Assembly: GCA_944390905.1 (NCBI GenBank)
Contig: CALXRR010000001.1
Location: forward strand, 1 to 62,280
Direction of reading: 5' to 3'
Source of the DNA: an uncultured Alphaproteobacteria bacterium
GTDB taxonomy: Bacteria > Pseudomonadota > Alphaproteobacteria > RF32 > CAG-239
DNA length: 62,280 nt
The notes beneath the pieces were generated by a model. That model was given only the letters and a program-made list of their open reading frames with translations. It did not search any database and had not been told where the DNA came from. This document shows positions 24,328 through 33,255 of this stretch, piece after piece. The position numbers were made by a program, and so were the translations under genes. How positions within the stretch are numbered: position 1 is the stretch's first letter; each line of letters begins with the position of its first letter.

Positions 24328-26076
24328 ATGGCTCAAGAGAATAACAGCGATAATCAATATGTGGTTTTGGCACGAAAGTATCGTCCGCAGAATTTTGATG
24401 ATTTGGTCGGGCAAGATGCTTTGGTGCAGACATTAACCAATGCCATTAATAACAACCGTTTGCACCATGCTTATATTTTGACGGGAATCCGCGGTGTGGG
24501 CAAGACTACCACCGCCAGAATTATTGCCAAAGCTCTGAACTGCACCGGCTTGGACGGTAAAGGCGGGCCGACCGTTCACCCTTGCGGTGTGTGCGAAAAC
24601 TGCAAAGCTATTACTGCCGGACGCCATATTGATGTGATGGAGCTTGATGCTGCATCGCGTACGGGTATTGATGATATCAGAGAGATTTTGGATGGGGTAC
24701 GCTATAAGCCAACTAACGCCCGCTACAAAATATATATCATCGACGAAGTCCACATGCTCTCCAAAAGTGCGTTTAATGCTTTGCTCAAAACTCTGGAAGA
24801 ACCCCCTTCTCATGTGAAGTTTATTTTTGCAACCACCGAAATTCGCAAAGTACCGGTAACGATTTTGTCTCGCTGTCAGAGGTTTGATTTGCAGCGAATT
24901 TCAGTTGATGATTTGGTCGGGTTGTTCAAAAAAATTTTGGGTAATGAAAATATTAAGACTGATGATGAAGCCTTGCAGATGATTGCTAAAGCGGCTGAAG
25001 GTTCTGCTCGCGACGGAGAATCAATGCTTGACCAAGCGATATCGCTCGGCGGCGGCGTGGTCAAAGTCGATGTCGTCAAAAACATGATTGGCTTAGCTGA
25101 CCGAACACAGACTTTTGAGCTGTTTGAACAGTTGACTTCAGGAAATATGGATAAAGTCATTACTCTATTGCAAGAGCAATATAAAAACGGGGCTAATCCA
25201 TATCAGATTTTGCAAGATTTGGTCAGCGCTACTCATTTGGTGGCCAAAACCAGAATTATTCCAAACTCTATTGAGGCTCCAAGTGTGGCTGAAGAAGAGC
25301 GCATTTTTGCCAAGAAGATGGCCGCGGTGGTTCCGGTTGCAGTACTGTCTAAAATGTGGCAGATGATGCTCAAAGGCTTAAATGAGCTGCAGATTGCTCC
25401 GGTACAGATTGACGCTCTGGAAATGATTTTAATCCGTATTGCTTATGCGGCCAACTTGCCGACGCCGTATGAAATTTTAAATGACGTAAAAAAAAACTCT
25501 AATTTAACGGCTGTTGCCGGTGCTCGCCCCCTGCCCCAAGTAAATGCTACAGGTGCTGGCTCTAAACCGGCTGAAAGCAACCTTGCTCAACCCGAAGATA
25601 CGGAGGGTGGCAAACAATCCAGCAATTTTTTTAACAAACCGGAGGACTTAATCCAGTATTTGGAAGGGTGCCGCCAGTTGTTGATGGTATATTCACTCAA
25701 AAACGATGTGGCGTTTGAGGATTTTCAAAACGGAGCCATCAAAATCAGTGTGTCGGAAAAAATTAATCCTGACTTTATTATGAACCTGCATAAAATTTTG
25801 CTGGACGCTACCGGAAAAAACTGGAAAATAGAAATTGTTAAAGGGAAACTCGGCCAGACATTGTTCCAAAAAGAAAATGCCAAAGTCGAGGAAGACAAAA
25901 AAAGTATTATGGAATACCCCTTAGTGAAGGCGATTATGGCTGAATTCAAAGGGGCTAAAATTGAGACAATTACCCGCAAAATTATGGAAAGTGATGACGA
26001 TGAGGAAGAGGTTTCCTTTGAACATAGCGGAGATGATACTGGTTTAATTTTTGATGAGGATAAAGACGATGCTTAA
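24328..26076 (+). CDS. dnaX: DNA polymerase III subunit tau (and probably gamma)
   Basis: GIRGVGKTT Walker A, CxxCxxC zinc module, DEVHMLS, SRCQRF. ATG 24328 (MAQENN) is preferred over TTG 24313. Confidence 0.95.
   Translation: MAQENNSDNQYVVLARKYRPQNFDDLVGQDALVQTLTNAINNNRLHHAYILTGIRGVGKTTTARIIAKALNCTGLDGKGGPTVHPCGVCENCKAITAGRHIDVMELDAASRTGIDDIREILDGVRYKPTNARYKIYIIDEVHMLSKSAFNALLKTLEEPPSHVKFIFATTEIRKVPVTILSRCQRFDLQRISVDDLVGLFKKILGNENIKTDDEALQMIAKAAEGSARDGESMLDQAISLGGGVVKVDVVKNMIGLADRTQTFELFEQLTSGNMDKVITLLQEQYKNGANPYQILQDLVSATHLVAKTRIIPNSIEAPSVAEEERIFAKKMAAVVPVAVLSKMWQMMLKGLNELQIAPVQIDALEMILIRIAYAANLPTPYEILNDVKKNSNLTAVAGARPLPQVNATGAGSKPAESNLAQPEDTEGGKQSSNFFNKPEDLIQYLEGCRQLLMVYSLKNDVAFEDFQNGAIKISVSEKINPDFIMNLHKILLDATGKNWKIEIVKGKLGQTLFQKENAKVEEDKKSIMEYPLVKAIMAEFKGAKIETITRKIMESDDDEEEVSFEHSGDDTGLIFDEDKDDA
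25488..25507 (+). other. A9 slippery run in dnaX with nearby stops in both alternative frames (candidate gamma-producing recoding/transcriptional-slippage site)
   Basis: A-run at 25488-25496. The -1 frame reads aaa ctc taa (stop at 25500-25502). The +1 frame reads act cta att taa (stop at 25505-25507). Confidence 0.5.
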
Positions 26077-26389
26077 TATTCAAGGAATTATGAAACAAGC
26101 TCAAGCCATGCAGAAAAAAATGGAAGATATGCAAAATCAGCTTGCTCAGCAAGAAGTTGAAGGCTCCAGCGGCGGTGGTATGGTCAAAGTGACCCTTAAC
26201 GGTAAATTTGAAATGAAAAAGCTGGAAATTGATAAGTCTTTAGTGGTGGCTGATGAAGCTGACATCTTAGAAGACTTAATCGTGGCCGCACATAATGATG
26301 CCAAAAATAAAGTTGAAGCAATGATGAGTGACGGTATGAAAAATGTGACCGGCGGTATGAATATCCCCGGATTGAAACTTCCTTTCTAG
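26069..26389 (+). CDS. ybaB: Nucleoid-associated protein YbaB/EbfC
   Basis: MKQAQAMQKKM...GGG.V.V..NG motif. The start ATG overlaps the dnaX stop (ATGCTTAA). Confidence 0.9.
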   Translation: MLNIQGIMKQAQAMQKKMEDMQNQLAQQEVEGSSGGGMVKVTLNGKFEMKKLEIDKSLVVADEADILEDLIVAAHNDAKNKVEAMMSDGMKNVTGGMNIPGLKLPF

Positions 26390-26403
26390 AGGGCTGAAAA
26401 AAA

Positions 26404-26997
26404 GTGGCCGGAAAAGATATTGAAAAACTGGTAAAACTAGTGGCTAAACTCCCAGCGCTCGGAACGCGATCTTCTCGGAGAATCGTGTTGCAGCTACTGA
26501 AAAAAAGAGAAACGCTGTTTTTGCCTTTGATTGAGGCGATGCGCGAAGTGGCAGAAAATGTTAAAACTTGCGAAATCTGCGGCAATTTTGACACCGAATC
26601 ACCCTGCCCGATTTGTGCCTCAGAAACCCGCGATCCATCAACCATTTGCGTGGTGCAAGATGTGGCTGATTTGTGGGCAATGGAGCGCGTGGCAATGTTC
26701 AAAGGAAAATATCATGTCTTGGGTGGTATTTTGTCTGCTTTGGATGGCGTGTCTCCGGAAGACTTAAATATCGAAAAGCTGTTTACACGTATTGAGCGCG
26801 ACGGTATCAAAGAGGTGATTCTGGCGCTGCCGGCGACTATTGACGGACAAATTACTGCTAACTATTTGATTCAAAAGCTCAAAAATTTTAATATTAAAGT
26901 ATCTACTTTGGCGCAGGGGATTCCTGTCGGAGCTGAACTGGATTATATGGACGAAGGAACAATCCAACTCGCGCTTAATTCTCGAAAGGTGTTGTAA
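26404..26997 (+). CDS. recR: Recombination protein RecR
   Basis: LPALGTRSSRR helix-hairpin-helix, C4 zinc finger (CEICGN...CPIC), Toprim domain. Confidence 0.95.
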   Translation: MAGKDIEKLVKLVAKLPALGTRSSRRIVLQLLKKRETLFLPLIEAMREVAENVKTCEICGNFDTESPCPICASETRDPSTICVVQDVADLWAMERVAMFKGKYHVLGGILSALDGVSPEDLNIEKLFTRIERDGIKEVILALPATIDGQITANYLIQKLKNFNIKVSTLAQGIPVGAELDYMDEGTIQLALNSRKVL

Positions 26998-27770
26998 TGA
27001 AAAGTTATGATATCATATTGCCATTGGGGACTTATTGTGCGGCTTCTTACCATTTAAGGCACAATAATTTGCAAGTAGAGTCTTATCCTTTGGATTGGGT
27101 TATAATCGGAAATGTTAAAATCGGAGCTGAAATTATAGCTAACGATTTTAAAGACTTTTTTGTTAAAGAGCGGCTGGTGCGTAAAGATGGTGAAAGCGGT
27201 AATCACATTCCTTATGTGCAGAAGCCTGAAAACTATTCGTTCTTTCATTGCATAGATAAAGATTTGCCTTTTGATGAGGCCTGCGCTAAGGCTAAAGCGA
27301 TGTTTGACCGTAGAATTAAACGGCTGTATGAAAATGTCGGAAAAGCTAAAAATGTGCTGTTTTTATCTGCTCATAATCAACCGTTTAAAGAGCAAGATGC
27401 TATTGATGCTCTGGATATATTGGAAAAGAAATTCCCCGGAAAAAATATCGATCTAATCGTTGTTGATTGCAAAGATAATTATAAAGGTGTTGAAACTGTA
27501 CGTATTAATAATCATATTGATTTGATAAAAATGGAATTCCATACCGGAAAAGATATTTATTCTGATAAACAAGAGGAATTTACTCAAATCTTAAGTGATA
27601 GAAGATTGGGATCAGCTTGGCAAAGAATGGGGCGCAAGTGGAATAATGCTACATTCAAAATCAAACGATTTGTTGTAAACACATTATGCTGTCTTATCCC
27701 AAATAAAAAATGGCGCAAGTCTATTCGTCGTAAGTTTGATGTTTCGACGCAGATGTTTGAACGCAAATAG
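26997..27770 (+). CDS. DUF1796-like protein (putative papain-like cysteine peptidase family), copy 1, with basic CC-IP-K-R tail
   Basis: The N-terminus LPLGTYCAASYHLR...SYPLDWV matches my memory of the DUF1796 signature (.LG..C......L.....YPFDW). The ATG overlaps the recR stop (TAATG). Confidence 0.6.
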   Translation: MKSYDIILPLGTYCAASYHLRHNNLQVESYPLDWVIIGNVKIGAEIIANDFKDFFVKERLVRKDGESGNHIPYVQKPENYSFFHCIDKDLPFDEACAKAKAMFDRRIKRLYENVGKAKNVLFLSAHNQPFKEQDAIDALDILEKKFPGKNIDLIVVDCKDNYKGVETVRINNHIDLIKMEFHTGKDIYSDKQEEFTQILSDRRLGSAWQRMGRKWNNATFKIKRFVVNTLCCLIPNKKWRKSIRRKFDVSTQMFERK

Positions 27771-27778
27771 AGGTAAAA

Positions 27779-28555
27779 ATGAAAAAATATGACTTGTTTA
27801 TACCTTTAGGGTGTTTTTGCCTGCCATCGCATTCTTTACGAATGAGCAAACTGCAGTTTGTGTCTTATCCATTTGATTGGGTCGGATGTGATGATGTGAC
27901 CAAGTTTATTGATTATATGGATAATCATTTTCAAGGATTCTTCCAAAAAGAGAATCTTGAATTGGTCGGGGATGTTATCGGCAACCATATAAGCTATAAA
28001 GATACCAAAAACGGCTTGTTGTTTCCGCATTGTATGGATAAGGATTTGCCTTTTGATGAGGCTTATGACAAAGCCAGAGCTACTTTTGACCGAAGAATTG
28101 AGCGTTTGTACCAAAATATTGCTCAGGCGAAGAAAATTTTGTTTTTCAACGTATGCTACAAAACATATAAACAGCATGATTTGACTGACTTGCTGGATAG
28201 GCTGCGGAAGATGTTTCCAGACAAAGATATCAGCTTGTTAAGAGTGAATTTGTCGCCTGATTTTGGTGATAAGGTAGAGTATAACGAAGTTAGTCCGGAT
28301 ATTTTGGTGTATAATGTAAATTATGATATGGATAAAAATATTTATACCGACCGAGATACCGAGATGGCGCAGATTATGGCTGACTTTAGGATGCGCCCAA
28401 GTAAAAAGGCTGTTGAATATAAGTTAAATGAGGTTGGATTCGCCATTAAGCGTTTTTTGGTAAATTGCTTGTGCTGTTTGGTGCCGATAAAGAGAATCCG
28501 CCATAAAATAAGGAAGAAATTTAATATTTCAACCAAGTTCTTTGACAAAAACTAA
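27779..28555 (+). CDS. DUF1796-like protein, copy 2 (tandem paralog)
   Basis: Collinear with copy 1 (IPLGCFCLPSHSLR...SYPFDWV, CMDKDLPFDEAY.KA.A.FDRRI.RLY). AGAGG lies before the ATG, 8 nt after the copy 1 stop. Confidence 0.6.
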   Translation: MKKYDLFIPLGCFCLPSHSLRMSKLQFVSYPFDWVGCDDVTKFIDYMDNHFQGFFQKENLELVGDVIGNHISYKDTKNGLLFPHCMDKDLPFDEAYDKARATFDRRIERLYQNIAQAKKILFFNVCYKTYKQHDLTDLLDRLRKMFPDKDISLLRVNLSPDFGDKVEYNEVSPDILVYNVNYDMDKNIYTDRDTEMAQIMADFRMRPSKKAVEYKLNEVGFAIKRFLVNCLCCLVPIKRIRHKIRKKFNISTKFFDKN

Positions 28556-28789
28556 ATATTATATACAAAAGTGTAGACAATTTTTTGAAAATTCCTCTTT
28601 ACTTTATCTTAAATTTGTGGTATTAGTATAACTATACTATGGAGTTATCCATAGTTGTACCTGAGAAGGTACGGGGCTGTCGTAAGCCTCTCATATTGAG
28701 TCCGGTGTTGGATATAACATCGTCAAATTGTCTATACAAATTTTGTAGAGGCATGATTATATCCTCCTTTGATTGTGTGACGCGTCCAC

Positions 28790-28900
28790 GGTCGGGGAGC
28801 CGCAAGTATATGTTCAGAAACAGTGTCTGGCAATTGGGGACATAGGTTTTAAAAATTTGCGGAATCATCTGACTCAATATGATTTACGAACTCTCCGACC
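28790..28900 (+). promoter_or_regulatory. Structured leader: hand-folded three-way junction (P1 28790-99/28891-900; P2 28800-05/28857-62; P3 28863-68/28879-84)
   Basis: All pairings were read directly. P1 is 10 bp with one G-U. P2 and P3 abut each other and P1 without linker nucleotides. No known riboswitch consensus recognised. Confidence 0.35.
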
Positions 28901-28922
28901 ACCTTCTTACGGTGGTTTTTTT
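28898..28922 (+). terminator. Intrinsic terminator 28 nt upstream of the 28950 start codon (attenuator, or 3' end of an upstream sRNA)
   Basis: accacc-ttcttac-ggtggt followed by TTTTTT A TTTT. The 5' arm shares 3 nt with the 3' strand of P1. Confidence 0.6.
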
Positions 28923-28949
28923 ATTTTAGATAAATTTAGGAGATGTGTG

Positions 28950-31064
28950 ATGAGTACACAAGAAGAAAAAGAAATTATTAATAAATGGAAAGAAGAAATA
29001 GCCTATTATGAAGAGCGTAATAATCTTTCTGAGCGATGGGGACTGCTTTCAGATATGGTTCTTGATGCAGAAGATTATCCTGAAATTGCCAGAGAGTTGT
29101 CAACAATGTATTTAAACGCGATTGACAAGCTTGATGCCAAAGAGCGCAATCATATGTTTAAAGAAAATTTTTATAAAACAAGATCATTAGGCAGATTAGA
29201 TTATAGAATCTTTGATGATGTGTTGAAATTTGCTGATGAAAGAAAGATTCCGTTGCATATTAATCTTCAGGATCCTGTTCGATATGACTTCATACGAGAT
29301 AGCCTTTTTCAGGCGATGGAGAGAGGTATAGTATCACCAAAACTTTTGATGAAGAATGTATTCTATGATAATTTAGATGTAATGGCTTTTTGTGTAGCTA
29401 AAGACCCTTCTTTGGTAGAAGACTTTTTGAAAGCTGATAAGGCCGTTAAAGAAGATAAAGACCAATATAGAAGATATACATACGATTCTGAAGCTTTGTA
29501 TCAATTATCAACACAATTGGATAAGCTACCGGAAAAAATGACTCCGTGGTTGGTTGATGAAATTAGAAAATTTAATAGTGGGGATCTTGATGAATACATA
29601 CCTAAAACATTTTTTAATATTGTTCGTAACGATGTTAAATATATGACTGAATATCAAAAAGGTGGTTATAAGCTCTTAAACAATAAAGATGCAGAGTTTG
29701 TGGCTAAAATTTATGAAGATTTGCAAAACAGAGTTCCGGATACTTTGACTGAAAAAGATGTCAAGAAAAACAGACCGATAAGCTCTTTGACTAAAGAGGA
29801 ACAAGAATTATCTAAAGCCTGTAAAAAACTGTTACAAAGTTATGAAGGCAAAAAAGCTCTGAAAGTCAAATTGGCTAAACAATATCCAATGAGTGCTGAG
29901 GCTATTCGTGTGGGCAAAGATGATTATATCAGTATGTGCATCAATAATCTGGAAAATCCGGAAAAAGAAAATATCCGTTCAATTTTGAATCGATTGGAAG
30001 CAATAGGAGCCAAAACTTATGAGGACTTTGCCGATGCGGTTGATTTCGTACATAGAAGAGATATGTGCCGAAAGGTTTGTCGTGATTTTAAAAAGGCTCA
30101 ATATGAAAAGCATCAACAAAACCTTGGTGATGATAATTTTGTCTTTTTCCTTGATGATGATCAGTTGTCTTATGGTATGGCAGAAGCCGGTATTAAAGAT
30201 AAAAAAACGGCAGAAAAAGTCGTGGATATGTTTGTTAATTTAAACGACAGACCGGAAACTTATGGTTCTTCTTTAAATCGTTTTTATCCAAAAGATTTGA
30301 AAGATGCGGTTGACGTGGAAGAGTGGATGTATCCGATAATCAAGCATGCTGTATACAGCGAAGTTGTTAATCCTAGCCGCTTGGGCGGAGGCCAAGAGTT
30401 GTTTGCCGCTTGCAAGGCCTGGAAAATCAATCCCAGAATGCCTAAGGCTATTGCCGAACAAGTTGGTGAAATGTCTTTGGCTAAGCGTATGGTTGCCGGT
30501 GCCATTGTTGATGATATGGGAAGAGAGCAAGTTAGACTTCGGTACATAGATGTACCTCGTCTTCAACCTGATTATTGGCTGAGCGAAAATCCTTTATACT
30601 TTCCTAGAATGAACCACAAAAAAGAGCTGATTCCGGAGTTCTGGAAAGAAATGTCTAAGGCTCAGGAGATGTCTTTCGGTGAGGCGATGAAGACTTATAT
30701 CCCCGATACGCCGATTAACCGCAAACGTTTTGTAGCGGCGATGTTGGAAGAAATGGGCGTCGAAAACACCGAGGCTAAGTATCAGCAGACATACAAAAAC
30801 TTGGAAGAAAACGGTAAGTTTGAGGAATTTTTGGCTTCTGACTCAAAAGAACAGAGACGGGAAAGAGTAGAAAGAATCAAACAAAACAAAGCTAAAGTTC
30901 AAGAAAACTCAACCAAGAAGAAATCTATCCGAGAGGCTATTCGCGAACGCTTGGCTAAGAAAAACATTATTCCGGAAACAGGTGCTTTTGGCGAAGGCCA
31001 TAAGATTACCACCAACAAGGATATGTCTCAATTTAAGGCTTTTGTGGATGAAAAATCTCGCTAA
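28950..31064 (+). CDS. Orphan 704-aa hydrophilic protein, no recognisable domain (effector-like)
   Basis: ATG 28950 has AGGAG 7 nt upstream. The ORF-track start at 28773 would read through the terminator. The protein is Lys/Glu-rich with no signal peptide or TM segment. The DNA is visibly more AT-rich than its neighbours. Confidence 0.75.
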   Translation: MSTQEEKEIINKWKEEIAYYEERNNLSERWGLLSDMVLDAEDYPEIARELSTMYLNAIDKLDAKERNHMFKENFYKTRSLGRLDYRIFDDVLKFADERKIPLHINLQDPVRYDFIRDSLFQAMERGIVSPKLLMKNVFYDNLDVMAFCVAKDPSLVEDFLKADKAVKEDKDQYRRYTYDSEALYQLSTQLDKLPEKMTPWLVDEIRKFNSGDLDEYIPKTFFNIVRNDVKYMTEYQKGGYKLLNNKDAEFVAKIYEDLQNRVPDTLTEKDVKKNRPISSLTKEEQELSKACKKLLQSYEGKKALKVKLAKQYPMSAEAIRVGKDDYISMCINNLENPEKENIRSILNRLEAIGAKTYEDFADAVDFVHRRDMCRKVCRDFKKAQYEKHQQNLGDDNFVFFLDDDQLSYGMAEAGIKDKKTAEKVVDMFVNLNDRPETYGSSLNRFYPKDLKDAVDVEEWMYPIIKHAVYSEVVNPSRLGGGQELFAACKAWKINPRMPKAIAEQVGEMSLAKRMVAGAIVDDMGREQVRLRYIDVPRLQPDYWLSENPLYFPRMNHKKELIPEFWKEMSKAQEMSFGEAMKTYIPDTPINRKRFVAAMLEEMGVENTEAKYQQTYKNLEENGKFEEFLASDSKEQRRERVERIKQNKAKVQENSTKKKSIREAIRERLAKKNIIPETGAFGEGHKITTNKDMSQFKAFVDEKSR

Positions 31065-31075
31065 GCTTTAAGCCA

Positions 31076-31113
31076 AAAACAAAAAAACCGGAGCTAACAA
31101 CTCCGGTTTTTTT
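31076..31113. terminator. Bidirectional rho-independent terminator between the orphan gene and cvpA
   Basis: A-run, then ccggag-ctaacaa-ctccgg, then T-run. Confidence 0.85.
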
Positions 31114-31117
31114 GTGG

Positions 31118-31867
31118 TTACTCGATATTTTCTATCAAGCGGTCAAGGTTGGCGCGTTCGTTGTTGTTATAGCCGTCAAAATTCTTTTCAGGCTGCTTGG
31201 CCGCTTTAGGATGCGATTTTTTGACCGCTGGCTGTGCTAATTTTTCAAAAAGGATATCCGAATCAGTTTTGCCGGACTTCTTCTCTGTGGTCGTTTTTTG
31301 CGCCTTAGAATCGGTCGGCTGCTCGGCGGCGTCATCGTCTTTGAAAAACTCGGAGTTTTGAGTCTTGTCTTTTATCTTATCTAAGGTCGCCTCCGGTATT
31401 AGATTTTCTATCGGTTTAGCAAAGCTGCCGGCCAAATTAAAGTATTTGGAATCCTTAAATAATGGTGACTGCTTCTCAGGCGGGACTATCCAGCTTACCA
31501 AAATATAAAACAGTATTATCAGCAAAAAAGCGCGGACAATTCCAAAAAACAGCCCTAACATTCTATCAAGCCCGCTGAGCTTGCTGGTGCGGATTTTGCC
31601 AACAAGCTTGGCTGTCATTAATATCCAGCAGACCAAAAAAACTATCAATATAATTAATGAGGTTAATATGCCGGCAACCGTCCCGTTGGATACAAAATTC
31701 ATCATGAAGGGATTGAACACCGGAAGCAGATAAATTATTGCCACACAGCCTAAAACCCAGCCCACAATTGATAATACCTCTTTCATTAAGCCGCGGCTAA
31801 CCGCAATTAAGGCTGAAATGCCGATGACGATTAATATTGCAATGTCCAGATTGTTTAACTGGTGCAT
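31118..31867 (-). CDS. cvpA: CvpA-family membrane protein (colicin V production protein) with charged C-terminal extension
   Basis: Four hydrophobic segments and an N-terminus LDIAILIVIGISALIAVSRG typical of CvpA. Downstream of radA, as in many alphaproteobacteria. Confidence 0.8.
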   Translation of the reverse strand: MHQLNNLDIAILIVIGISALIAVSRGLMKEVLSIVGWVLGCVAIIYLLPVFNPFMMNFVSNGTVAGILTSLIILIVFLVCWILMTAKLVGKIRTSKLSGLDRMLGLFFGIVRAFLLIILFYILVSWIVPPEKQSPLFKDSKYFNLAGSFAKPIENLIPEATLDKIKDKTQNSEFFKDDDAAEQPTDSKAQKTTTEKKSGKTDSDILFEKLAQPAVKKSHPKAAKQPEKNFDGYNNNERANLDRLIENIE

Positions 31868-31878
31868 TTTAACTCTCC

Positions 31879-33252
31879 TTAATTAAACCAATTTACCAGT
31901 CGTTGAACATTCCCTATCTCGTATATCGACATATCGGGAATGCTGTGATTCTTGTCTTTCTTAAACAGATTGGCCGGCATTATCGCGCTCTTGAAGCCCA
32001 GCTTGTGAGCCTCTTTAAGCCTTGCGTTGCCCTGACTTACCGCGCGAATCTCTCCGGACAAACCTATCTCGCCAAAAATTACCGTATCAGCCGGAAGGGG
32101 CTTGTTGGTCATTGATGAGATGACAGCCATCGCAACAGCCAAGTCGGCCGCAGGTTCTGTTATTTTTAGGCCGCCGGCGATGTTCAAGTAAATATCCTGC
32201 GAGCTCAAGTTCATGCCGCAGCGAGCCTCCAAAACCGCCAAGACCATCGACAAGCGGTTGCTGTCCCAGCCGACAACCGCACGCTTGGGGCTGGCATAGC
32301 TGGTGGGGCAGACCAAAGCCTGAATTTCAACCAAAACCGGACGCGAGCCCTCGATGCCGGCAAAAACACAACTGCCCGAAACATTACCTTGTCTTTCTGC
32401 CAAGAATAAAGCGGAGGGGTTTTCAACCTCTACCAGGCCTTGGTCCTGCATCTCAAAAACGCCGATTTCATCAGTGGCACCGTAACGGTTTTTAACTGCA
32501 CGCAAAATGCGGAAATGATGCCCGCGTTCGCCCTCAAAATAAAGAACGGTGTCAACCATATGCTCCAAAACCCTTGGGCCGGCAATGGCTCCTTGTTTGG
32601 TTACATGGCCAACCAAAAACAGCGTAAAGCCTTTGCGCTTGGCCAGCTTGATGAGCTCATAGGCACAGGCTCTGACTTGGGCAACACTGCCGGGGGTGGA
32701 TTCAACCTCATCAAGGTACATGGTTTGGATGGAATCGATAATCACCACCGCGGCCTTGGATTTTTCTAAACTTGCTATAATATCTTTGACCTCGGTTGCG
32801 CTGGCTAAGTGAACAGGTGTTTGCTCTAGCTTAAGTCGTTTGGCGCGAATCCGCACTTGGTCGATGGCCTCTTCTCCGGAGATGTAGTAACACTCGGGTT
32901 TATCCGGCAGAGACGATATACTGGCACTGACTTGCAAAAGCAATGTGGATTTGCCGATGCCGGGGTCGCCACCAACCAAGATAACTGAACCGGGGACCAA
33001 GCCGCCGCCGCAGACGCGGTCAAGTTCTTTGATATTGGTATGCAAGCGAGTGAGCGCCGTTTCTTCTCCGGTGAGGCCGACAAACTCTATTTCTTTGCCT
33101 TTTTTGCGAGGGGCAATATTGGAGAACCCCTCTCCGCCAACCTGCTCTTCAACGATGGTGTTCCACTCGCCGCAAGCATCACACTTGCCTTGCCACTTGG
33201 GATAAACAGCTCCGCAGTTTTGGCAGGCAAACTCCGTAACCTTTTTTGCCAA
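31879..33252 (-). CDS. radA: DNA repair protein RadA/Sms
   Basis: N-terminal C4 zinc finger, GDPGIGKST Walker A, KNRYG motif, Lon-like C-terminal domain. Confidence 0.95.
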   Translation of the reverse strand: MAKKVTEFACQNCGAVYPKWQGKCDACGEWNTIVEEQVGGEGFSNIAPRKKGKEIEFVGLTGEETALTRLHTNIKELDRVCGGGLVPGSVILVGGDPGIGKSTLLLQVSASISSLPDKPECYYISGEEAIDQVRIRAKRLKLEQTPVHLASATEVKDIIASLEKSKAAVVIIDSIQTMYLDEVESTPGSVAQVRACAYELIKLAKRKGFTLFLVGHVTKQGAIAGPRVLEHMVDTVLYFEGERGHHFRILRAVKNRYGATDEIGVFEMQDQGLVEVENPSALFLAERQGNVSGSCVFAGIEGSRPVLVEIQALVCPTSYASPKRAVVGWDSNRLSMVLAVLEARCGMNLSSQDIYLNIAGGLKITEPAADLAVAMAVISSMTNKPLPADTVIFGEIGLSGEIRAVSQGNARLKEAHKLGFKSAIMPANLFKKDKNHSIPDMSIYEIGNVQRLVNWFN

Positions 33253-33255
33253 GGC

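Noticed and set aside
28620-28925. tmRNA, RNase P RNA or 6S RNA in the recR-cvpA island spacer.
   Set aside because: I could not find an ANDN...LAA tag frame or a T-arm/CCA end. I also found no GAGGAAAGTCC or ACAGAAA..CCGCC RNase P motifs, and no 6S-like long bulged helix. It is kept only as an unclassified structured leader or sRNA.
28773-28949. Upstream extension of the large orphan ORF (ORF-track start 28773), and the 81-codon (minus-strand) and 68-codon (plus-strand) ORFs in the spacer.
   Set aside because: The extension reads through a stem-loop plus T-run terminator and has no SD. ATG 28950 has AGGAG at the right spacing. The small spacer ORFs overlap the structured elements.
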